This document shows positions 56,666 to 63,997 of a stretch of 64,000 nucleotides of DNA, one piece after another. The stretch's first letter is position 1. Each line of letters opens with the position of its first letter. This DNA is from a virus. The notes below the pieces were generated by a model. The model was not told where the DNA came from and did not search any database. It was given only the letters and a program-made list of their open reading frames with translations. The stretch covers positions 95,420 through 159,419 of the IMG/VR virus record IMGVR_UViG_3300047564_002270; one strand, given 5' to 3'. The position numbers were made by a program, and so were the translations under genes.

Positions 56666-56682
56666 ATACTTCAAAAACTATT

Positions 56683-56940
56683 ATGTACGAAGCAAGAGAG
56701 TTTGCAATTTTCTCTACGACTGAATTAGATCAAATTAATTTCTCTGAGGTTCTTGAGACTTCTGCAGAGACTGTAAGAAAATCCGTAGATGGCACAAAAA
56801 CCTTTGTGAAGTGGGATGATGGTGGGTCAATTCCACCATCGATACAAGCACTCACAACAGTTGAGGGTCCTTATACTTACGCAGAGATTTTAGAGATTTT
56901 GAATGGACCAGAATGGTCTGCGCCAATAGTGGAAGGGTAA
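56683..56940 (+). CDS. small acidic protein associated with LamG genes
   Basis: VLETS..TVRKSVDGTKTFVKW; CTAAATA at 56662. Confidence 0.7.
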   Translation: MYEAREFAIFSTTELDQINFSEVLETSAETVRKSVDGTKTFVKWDDGGSIPPSIQALTTVEGPYTYAEILEILNGPEWSAPIVEG

Positions 56941-56941
56941 T

Positions 56942-57655
56942 ATGGGAGTTTATGCTGGACCTGATATAAGTGAAAGTGGTTTAGTATTAGCACTTGATGC
57001 TGGAAATCCAAAGTCTTATCCTGGTTCTGGGGCCACTTGGACTGATTTGAGTGGTCGTAGTAATAACGGAACTCTTACGAATGGACCGATTTATAGTAGT
57101 TCTAATGGTGGGTCTATAGTTTTTGATGGCGTTGATGATTATGCTACAGTTCCCGATGTTACTGGAGTTACTGATTTTTCGAATACCAATAATTATACGG
57201 TTGATTTTTGGGTGTATGTAAATTCCACTCAAAATGATACTAGAAATGCAGATAATAATATAGTAGAAAAATGGTCTCAAGTTGGATCATATCCATATAC
57301 TTTTCGTTATATTAGAAGTTCTCAAACAATTAGAGCTGCCGCATATAATGGAACTAGTGATAATACAACATCTGTAGCAGTTTCTCCTAATAACTGGGTT
57401 CATATATGTGGAGTTTTTAATTGGTCAAGTTCTTTACTTACACTTTATATGAATGGTGGTAATGTTACATCATCAACCACATTAAATTTAACTGGAACAA
57501 TAACAAATGATAGTCCTTTAAATTTAATGAGAAGAGGTAATGGTTTTAATTATGTAACGGGAAGATTGTCTAACTTAAAAATATACAACAGAGCACTCAC
57601 GGCAGCAGAAGTCCGACAAAACTACAACGCCACCAAGTCAAGATACGGTTTTTGA
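56942..57655 (+). CDS. LamG/ConA-like lectin domain protein 3
   Basis: Same motifs as protein 1. Confidence 0.85.
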   Translation: MGVYAGPDISESGLVLALDAGNPKSYPGSGATWTDLSGRSNNGTLTNGPIYSSSNGGSIVFDGVDDYATVPDVTGVTDFSNTNNYTVDFWVYVNSTQNDTRNADNNIVEKWSQVGSYPYTFRYIRSSQTIRAAAYNGTSDNTTSVAVSPNNWVHICGVFNWSSSLLTLYMNGGNVTSSTTLNLTGTITNDSPLNLMRRGNGFNYVTGRLSNLKIYNRALTAAEVRQNYNATKSRYGF

Positions 57656-57676
57656 ACTATCTTTGAATTGCCCACC

Positions 57677-57701
57677 AGACCCTTCACAAGGGTCTTTTTT
57701 T
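57677..57701 (+). terminator. intrinsic terminator, also the spacer of degenerate cassette copy 12
   Basis: AGACCCTT-CAC-AAGGGTCT-TTTTTT, followed by TG-C-TATGAT. Confidence 0.75.
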
Positions 57702-57734
57702 GTGCTATGATGCTCTTATGAACTTGAATATGAA

Positions 57735-57962
57735 ATGACCTGGAAAGAATACTGGCAGATGACAAAATGGGAATGGTTCATTGAAGGTTTTCGTCATATT
57801 GAATATATCATTGATTGTCGTATTACTATGGATCATTTTGGATATGATGACTTTTGGGAAGCACTCTCTTGGGGTTGGATGAGTGAATATATTACACCGT
57901 ATGATGACCCATACAATCCTTATATTTCACCTGAACGCAAACTACGATTAGGAAGATGGTAA
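57735..57962 (+). CDS. Trp-rich hypothetical protein
   Basis: MTWKEYWQMTKWEWF. Confidence 0.6.
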   Translation: MTWKEYWQMTKWEWFIEGFRHIEYIIDCRITMDHFGYDDFWEALSWGWMSEYITPYDDPYNPYISPERKLRLGRW

Positions 57963-58297
57963 TAAACAAGTGGATAATCTCCAATAGGTTTCTACGTTAT
58001 ACTCCATTCTGGTGGTGGTATAGGTTGATGTCTCACCAAGGATTTCGGTTTGATGACTATCACATATGGGAGTCATTCTGGAGTTGTCTGAATGGTGGAT
58101 GGTTGGATATGAACTATCAATGGGAGTTTGAAAAGTTCTGGGGTAAAGGGTCTTATCCACCAGAAAAGATTGTATTACCTGCAAAAGACTTTGATGCACT
58201 TGTAGAAAGACTAAACCAACCACCAGATCCTGAAGTACAAAAAAGATTTCAAGAAATACTAAATCGTAAAGCACCTTGGGATAATAATGATGAATAA
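57956..58297 (+). CDS. Trp-rich protein with a DUF1778/TacA-like C-terminus
   Basis: KIVLPAKDFDALVERLNQPPDP....FQEILNRKAPW. Confidence 0.6.
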   Translation: MVINKWIISNRFLRYTPFWWWYRLMSHQGFRFDDYHIWESFWSCLNGGWLDMNYQWEFEKFWGKGSYPPEKIVLPAKDFDALVERLNQPPDPEVQKRFQEILNRKAPWDNNDE

Positions 58298-58755
58298 GTA
58301 TGCTGTGGTTCTTTCAAGTCTTGTAGATGATGCTACTGTGAGTATTCAAATTTTAGTTGAAAGTGAAATGAGTGTAGAACAACTTACGACTTATTATAAG
58401 TGTAAGAGTTTCACCATCAGTGACGTAGAAGTAATTCAATTATAAAAATGACTATCGAAGTAAAAGAAAATGAAGACAAAACATTTACCATCTCCTGGGA
58501 TGAGAATTCTCCTACGGAAAGTATTCTCAACACCTGGGCCGAAGAAGACTTTATTAGAGTCATTATGGAACACCTTGATAAGGTAGAAGATGACGGAAAA
58601 GTCTAAGATCTTTTATAATATCTGGTGCTGTGCCTATCAACGACGATGGTTATATAAAGGAACAGAAAGAGAACACAGAGAGCACACTACGGTTCGTATG
58701 TGCCTAGATATGAAGGATGCAAAATGGTATCAATTCGACACAGATAAACCACGTT

Positions 58756-59148
58756 ATGATTAGCACACCAGTCAAAGGAACATATCCAAATAAAACCAAG
58801 ATGAATTGGTGGGAATACTGGATTGGTCATTGTTGGATGACAGGATGGCAAAGTATTCGCGGAGCATTCCGTATCTGGGCAGATCTGATGGGATCAAACT
58901 ATGCGGACTATGCGATACTTAAATCAGTCGAAGATCCAGAACAGGAATGTCTTGAATGGTTCTGGGGAACTCTTGGTGAAGATGAGGTTTATCCCAAAGA
59001 ATTTCTTGAACACCTGATGCAGATGGTAGATGATATTGAGACTGGTAAAGAGAAACTCATTCCTCTGGATGAGGATTTCTTTGATAGATTAAAAGATCTG
59101 ACTGATGGTGTGGACATAGATCTCAATGAGGAACTCGAAGAAGATTAA
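58756..59148 (+). CDS. Trp-rich hypothetical protein
   Basis: MNWWEYWIGHCWMTGW. Confidence 0.6.
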   Translation: MISTPVKGTYPNKTKMNWWEYWIGHCWMTGWQSIRGAFRIWADLMGSNYADYAILKSVEDPEQECLEWFWGTLGEDEVYPKEFLEHLMQMVDDIETGKEKLIPLDEDFFDRLKDLTDGVDIDLNEELEED

Positions 59149-59177
59149 ATAGTCATATCAACTTACTCAGATCTCTG

Positions 59178-59387
59178 ATGTCATACGAAGAGTTCTTAGA
59201 TTTACCAGTTGAATATGTAAGAGAACTTGCAAAGATCATTCATCATAAAAGAGAAAATCGTATACCATTTAGCGACGAAGAAAAGGAATTGGTAGATCAT
59301 TTCATTCGATATACAAATGAACTAAAACTACAGGAAGATAAAGCAAGATTAGAATACTGTTATCAATTGAAATCTTATGAGAAGTGA
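59178..59387 (+). CDS. hypothetical protein
   Basis: 69 aa ORF. Confidence 0.55.
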   Translation: MSYEEFLDLPVEYVRELAKIIHHKRENRIPFSDEEKELVDHFIRYTNELKLQEDKARLEYCYQLKSYEK

Positions 59388-59444
59388 GACCAGTTTTTGA
59401 AGTGTCACACTGGGTGGACGTGAGAGATAATTTTAGGATATAAT
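59386..59444 (+). promoter_or_regulatory. promoter cassette copy 13
   Basis: GAGACCAGTT-TTTG-AAGTGTCACA; TATAAT 29 nt later; CATACACA. Confidence 0.75.
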
Positions 59445-59466
59445 ATTGTCATACACAGAAAGATCA

Positions 59467-60075
59467 ATGGCCGAAGTTCAAGCACACGGTAATTCTTTTG
59501 AAGATATGATTATCCGTGAAAGAACTGGTCTTTCAAAGGAAGAGTATGATAAATTAAAGGAAAACGGATATACTTCAACATATGATTTGTGCAATGGTCT
59601 GATAGTCGATTATGATGGTAGCATCAAGACCACTGGTAGTAAGGTGATCTGTTGCTCTGATATATTGAGAATGATGAGTCATCAAGAGTATCGGATCATC
59701 GTTGGTTGCTATGATCAGGTTGCCAATCAAAAGGTATTTCATACTCAATATGAATTTAACATTCGTCCTAAGGATTATCATACTCTCTGGGGTGATATGA
59801 AGTATGAAGATGTCAAGAACTATGTGAATAAGGTCAAGACTGTTCAGAAAGGAAAAGAAGGGCAGCAGCAGTATCAATTAGTAGCAGAGTCTTGGAAGTC
59901 TGAGGTTCAGTCCGATAAGTCAATGTTTATGATTAATCCTAAGGTCGATAGTAAAAATCAAAGAAGAGTCCAGTGTTCGATTAAACTTGACGATCTCATT
60001 CAAAGTGGAGTAGAATACACAAAGAAAGACCTTAATATTGTCATCACATCAAGTCGGAGAACATTCAATAAATGA
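59467..60075 (+). CDS. putative PD-(D/E)XK restriction-like endonuclease
   Basis: HGNSFED...YD...SIKT pattern; ATGA-coupled to an MTase. Confidence 0.5.
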   Translation: MAEVQAHGNSFEDMIIRERTGLSKEEYDKLKENGYTSTYDLCNGLIVDYDGSIKTTGSKVICCSDILRMMSHQEYRIIVGCYDQVANQKVFHTQYEFNIRPKDYHTLWGDMKYEDVKNYVNKVKTVQKGKEGQQQYQLVAESWKSEVQSDKSMFMINPKVDSKNQRRVQCSIKLDDLIQSGVEYTKKDLNIVITSSRRTFNK

Positions 60076-60569
60076 GAGCATTCTGTCCCCCAAAGAACAC
60101 TCCTGAAAAGGATATTGTAATGACTCCAGAGTGGTTGGCAAAGGAAATCATTCAACATTTCTCACCTTCTGGTATATTGTTAGATCCTTGCAGAGGCACA
60201 GGTGCATTCTATGATCAATTCGATGTAAAGACAAAAGACTGGTGTGAGTTAGCAGAAGGAAAGGATTTTCTGACTTACAATCAAAAGGTAGATTGGATCA
60301 TTACAAATCCACCTTGGTCAAAGATGCAGCAATTTCTTCTTCACGGTATGAAGGTTTCTGATAATATTGTATATCTCACTACGATTAATCATTATACGAC
60401 CAAGAAACGTATTCGGGATATGAGAGAGAATAACTTTGCAATCAAGGAGATCTATTGTGTGCCAACACCTCAAAAACCCTGGCCACAATTAGGATTTCAA
60501 CTTGGTGCAATTCATACTCAAAGAAATTACAATGGTGGCATACAGATGACATATTCTCCCAACATGTGA
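60072..60569 (+). CDS. minimal gamma-type amino-DNA methyltransferase
   Basis: MTPEWLA (X), LLDPCRGTGAF (I), WIITNPPW (IV); 165 aa with no obvious TRD. Confidence 0.8.
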   Translation: MRAFCPPKNTPEKDIVMTPEWLAKEIIQHFSPSGILLDPCRGTGAFYDQFDVKTKDWCELAEGKDFLTYNQKVDWIITNPPWSKMQQFLLHGMKVSDNIVYLTTINHYTTKKRIRDMRENNFAIKEIYCVPTPQKPWPQLGFQLGAIHTQRNYNGGIQMTYSPNM

Positions 60570-60626
60570 GTCCAGTTTCCAAAGTGGCACAAGGCACCTC
60601 CCGTCCCCACCAGGATACCCTATAAT
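60568..60626 (+). promoter_or_regulatory. promoter cassette copy 14
   Basis: GAGTCCAGTT-TCCA-AAGTGGCACA; TATAATACATTCATACAAGCAAAG. Confidence 0.8.
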
Positions 60627-60651
60627 ACATTCATACAAGCAAAGGACACCA

Positions 60652-60843
60652 ATGCTTCCTTCCTACAGCGCAATCTCCTTTCACTCTGAAGAGGAGCATC
60701 AGGCAGCACTCTATGATGCCTGCCTGTTGATTGTGAATACTTACAATCAGACTGATATGCTTGATGGTTATGGTGATCGTAATGTGACTGCATATGATTT
60801 TATGAAGTTTGCCCGCCACATTCTCAACGACATTGCTAACTGA
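60652..60843 (+). CDS. hypothetical early protein
   Basis: First ORF after cassette 14. Confidence 0.6.
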   Translation: MLPSYSAISFHSEEEHQAALYDACLLIVNTYNQTDMLDGYGDRNVTAYDFMKFARHILNDIAN

Positions 60844-60844
60844 A

Positions 60845-61081
60845 ATGACTGTCATGTTCTCAAAAGAATTCATCAACGATTTCATTGATTATGTGATGTC
60901 GTTCTATGCTGCTGATGGCATTTATCCCATCACTGGAATCAATCGCACACTTATTCGCAAGGCAACTAATGATGTGATTCGAATTGCCAAACTCAAAGGA
61001 CAAGAGTTCTGTGGTGATAGTGTAGATCGGGAACTTGTGCGCGATCTTCTGATTGATAAGTATAAACTTCGACTTCAATGA
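60845..61081 (+). CDS. conserved cyanophage hypothetical protein
   Basis: DFIDYVMSFY..DGIYP...FCGDSVDRELVRD. Confidence 0.65.
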   Translation: MTVMFSKEFINDFIDYVMSFYAADGIYPITGINRTLIRKATNDVIRIAKLKGQEFCGDSVDRELVRDLLIDKYKLRLQ

Positions 61082-61213
61082 CAGTCCCAAATCTGACTTC
61101 ACAACATATTGATTTTAATGAATGGTTAAAAGAATGTCCTGTTGAATGGTTCAGAAGTATCCGTCCAACAGGTAAAAGTTCTGCGACCTATGAATTCTTC
61201 TTTGATCATGTAA

Positions 61214-61471
61214 ATGATGAACTACTCAAATCTGTCTAAAATTCGACCCAAACTGCGAACATCAGGTAACATCACTGGTAACTTTGGCAAATCAAAAGTC
61301 AAATCAGGTTCTTCCTTGAATGATCTTGGTGGAAATGGTAACATTGGATCTACACAAGAAGAATATCTAAATCGACTTTATGATGCCTTTGATCACACTA
61401 CCGACAATGGGCTTCGTCAATTTCTTTATCAGGAAATCAGAAAAATACACGTCCAACGCGGAACCTGGTGA
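61214..61471 (+). CDS. hypothetical protein
   Basis: 85 aa ORF. Confidence 0.6.
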   Translation: MMNYSNLSKIRPKLRTSGNITGNFGKSKVKSGSSLNDLGGNGNIGSTQEEYLNRLYDAFDHTTDNGLRQFLYQEIRKIHVQRGTW

Positions 61472-61525
61472 CACTTCCTCAACTGGCACAGGAACCCCCT
61501 CACCAGCACCAGGGTGCCCTATAAT
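61467..61525 (+). promoter_or_regulatory. promoter cassette copy 15
   Basis: GGTGACACTT-CCTC-AACTGGCACA; -10/leader nearly identical to copy 14. Confidence 0.8.
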
Positions 61526-61550
61526 ACATTCATACAAGCAAAGCACACCA

Positions 61551-61790
61551 ATGCCCACTTCGATTGACGACACTGCTTACCAACTCACTGTGACCAAATC
61601 GCTCAAACTGCTCACCAATGGTTTCAAATCTGAGTTTGCCACTTTCGCATACTCCGACCAACGAATGACCGAACTTCTGATGGAACTTGCGACTGAATTT
61701 GTAGATGCCAACATTCCCATTATCGAAGAAGATACTCAGGTTGAAATGGCACTGATGCTAATGGAAACTCTAGATCTCATTGCCCGATGA
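61551..61790 (+). CDS. hypothetical early protein
   Basis: First ATG after cassette 15. Confidence 0.6.
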   Translation: MPTSIDDTAYQLTVTKSLKLLTNGFKSEFATFAYSDQRMTELLMELATEFVDANIPIIEEDTQVEMALMLMETLDLIAR

Positions 61791-61999
61791 CTCATACCTA
61801 TACTGATATTACTCATCTCACAAACTGCCCACAATGTAATACAAACTGGGTGGAGAAAGAAATTCCCGAACAGTATCGACACAATTACTCTGCACCTTAT
61901 TTCTATTCAAGAGTGATAGGTGTTGAACTACGCAACCAAGATCGGATTGATCATTGGTTATGTCCTGATTGTAAGACTACTTTTCCTAGAGATCACTGA
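61787..61999 (+). CDS. Zn-ribbon protein
   Basis: CPQC...CPDC. Confidence 0.65.
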   Translation: MTHTYTDITHLTNCPQCNTNWVEKEIPEQYRHNYSAPYFYSRVIGVELRNQDRIDHWLCPDCKTTFPRDH

Positions 62000-62220
62000 T
62001 GAAACCAAATCTATCATTATCATCAGGTGAGATACTTGATATTATCTCTGCTCTAAACAAACAGGAGACAACTGCTGATTTTCATGAGGATTACTTCCTT
62101 GCTGCATATTATTCTCATCTAGCATCTCAATTCTCCCAACTCAACCAACATCTTCAGACCCGACCAGGAGAAAGGAGACAAGCAGATCTGATGCTTATTG
62201 ATTGCCCAATTGATACATGA
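61999..62220 (+). CDS. hypothetical protein
   Basis: 73 aa ORF. Confidence 0.5.
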   Translation: MKPNLSLSSGEILDIISALNKQETTADFHEDYFLAAYYSHLASQFSQLNQHLQTRPGERRQADLMLIDCPIDT

Positions 62221-62755
62221 TCTTACGCAAACCATAACGATTAATGTAATCTTCTAATGCACCATCAATCATAGTATTAGTAAAGGCATAAGAGTCAGGA
62301 ACAGGAAGACCCTTATGATGTGATGCAATATGTGCCTGTTTTAATTTGTCAATAATAAAGTCATCAATTAACATATCTCTGACTTCAATAGTTTCTACTC
62401 TACCAGTATCAGCACGTCTTATTTTCTTTCTCTTATATTTCCATTCAAGGTTCTCAAGACGATTATCATTTAGATCCTTATTCATGTGACGTATCTGATT
62501 ACTATAATCATCAGAAGGTAAGTATGCCATAGCAACAAGACGATGTATATAAAAGGATTTCATTTTACATTTAACGTCTGCTAGTCTGACTATTAAGTAA
62601 CTATCCTTCTTCTTTGCCCAGGATGGTTTTAACTTACGGAACTTATTGAACTTAAAGGACCAGACATTACCCATTACATCAATAGCATAGTCAGGATAGT
62701 TCTCCATTCCCCTGATCGTATCTACCATCTTATATCTTACCTCTGGTGCCTCCAT
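62195..62755 (-). CDS. NUMOD4-HNH homing-endonuclease-like protein, degenerate active site
   Basis: YPDYAIDVMGNVWS...HRLVA.AYLP...IRHMNKDLNDNRLENLEW. Confidence 0.75.
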   Translation of the reverse strand: MEAPEVRYKMVDTIRGMENYPDYAIDVMGNVWSFKFNKFRKLKPSWAKKKDSYLIVRLADVKCKMKSFYIHRLVAMAYLPSDDYSNQIRHMNKDLNDNRLENLEWKYKRKKIRRADTGRVETIEVRDMLIDDFIIDKLKQAHIASHHKGLPVPDSYAFTNTMIDGALEDYINRYGLRKIMYQLGNQ

Positions 62756-63119
62756 CTGTTCTATCTTATTAATGACTTACTTTATATAGGATTTAGGGTA
62801 GGCAGAAGTTTTCAACCTGTGGAAAACTTTTACGAGAATTATAACGAGATAATGTATTAAAAGGTTCAAGATGGACATTTAGATGTGTCTGTATATCTTT
62901 GTCGAGATAATATACGAGATTATATCTTATTATCTTTATCGAGATGGTGTTATCTTATACTATCGAGATACTATATCTTATTCGAGTTCTTATGGTTTCT
63001 TATTATCTTTAGAAACCTTAGTTCTTATAGTTCTTATACGAGATAAATGTGAGTTCTTATTATCTTATTATCTTTAGAAACCTTATTAAATACGAGTTCT
63101 TATAGCGATCTTAGCCCGC

Positions 63120-63148
63120 ACTCTACCATAAGAACTCGAAAAAGTCAA
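63120..63148 (-). promoter_or_regulatory. leftward sigma70-like promoter
   Basis: Minus strand TTGACT-17-TAGAGT with TG extension. Confidence 0.6.
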
Positions 63149-63282
63149 GCGCCCCCGCAAAAAATTACATAAGGACGCGTAATTTTCCACCCCCAGGTTC
63201 ATTCGAGATCCTTATATCACACTTCGAGATCTTATTCGAGATACACATAAGATCTCATTATCATATCGAGATACCTTATACG

Positions 63283-63313
63283 TTGACATTTCATCGAGAT
63301 CGTGCTATATAAT
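63283..63313 (+). promoter_or_regulatory. sigma70-like promoter
   Basis: TTGACA, 17-nt spacer ending TGC, then TATATA(AT). Confidence 0.6.
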
Positions 63314-63345
63314 ATCATATGTTCTCGAATGATATTCATGTGCTT

Positions 63346-63404
63346 TGTGCCAGTTCGAGATCCGCACACTCACACTTGACATTCATTCGAGATTCACATA
63401 TACT
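63346..63404 (+). promoter_or_regulatory. promoter cassette copy 16
   Basis: TGTGCCAGTT-CGAG-ATCCGCACAC; TTGACA-17-TATACT. Confidence 0.7.
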
Positions 63405-63436
63405 GTACACATAGTTTCTCAGGAGTTCGAGTTCAA

Positions 63437-63610
63437 ATGTCGAAATCTTATCTGGCAGGCACCAAGACCAAATATCGAATTACTTTGGAAGTGGAAGTTC
63501 TAGAAGATATGAATCCCCATCAAATTCAATGGGATAAGGTATTACAACTCGAACCCGCAGAGAGTGTTCGCGCATATGTTGAAGATCTCTCTACTCCAGA
63601 TCGATGGTGA
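63437..63610 (+). CDS. small hypothetical protein (MSKSYLAGTKTKYRITLEV...)
   Basis: 57 aa ORF read manually; AGGAG SD. Confidence 0.65.
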   Translation: MSKSYLAGTKTKYRITLEVEVLEDMNPHQIQWDKVLQLEPAESVRAYVEDLSTPDRW

Positions 63611-63973
63611 GAAACTATTAAATTCCCTAATCTCTTAACCCCTTATTATACGCCATTAATAAGGGGTTTTTCTTTATCTTATGCCACTTCAAAAATTGGA
63701 CATAAGGTATATAAATAAAACATCTCAAGATCTTATAACTTAAGAGCAGCTCTTGAATTCTCCTACGGGAACAAGAATCAACCTGACAATAAGATATAAG
63801 AACTCAAGATCCTTATATTATAAAAGAGGGAGTTCAGTCCTGTCTCCGGCGCAATAAAATAGGAAATAATAAACTTAAGTGATCAATCGAATATTACGAG
63901 GAAGAATATAACTAACTCATTTCTTGAAAAGATGTCAAGAATATGAGGGTTTTTTGGCGTCTGGGTATAATAA

Positions 63974-63997
63974 TGTGCCAGTTGAGGAAGTGGCACA
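63974..63997 (+). promoter_or_regulatory. promoter cassette palindrome, copy 18 (weak copy 17 at 63680-63703)
   Basis: TGTGCCAGTT-GAGG-AAGTGGCACA at the window edge. Confidence 0.75.

Larger units (their letters stand above)
62840..63400. repeat. iteron-like repeat region, candidate replication origin
   Basis: 13 CGAGAT (manual count), several GAGTTCTTAT, 23-bp direct repeat at 62998/63063, 15-bp inverted repeat at 62981/63126. Confidence 0.7.

Noticed and set aside
55302-57655. Diversity-generating retroelement
   Set aside because: No reverse transcriptase in the window and no TR/VR pair with adenine-specific differences
62883-63077. 64-aa Y/L/I-rich ORF
   Set aside because: Translation of the iteron repeats; no SD, low-complexity composition
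23857-63997. Dispersed palindromes or collagen repeats as a CRISPR array
   Set aside because: Copies are kilobases apart or coding; no regular repeat-spacer period and no cas genes
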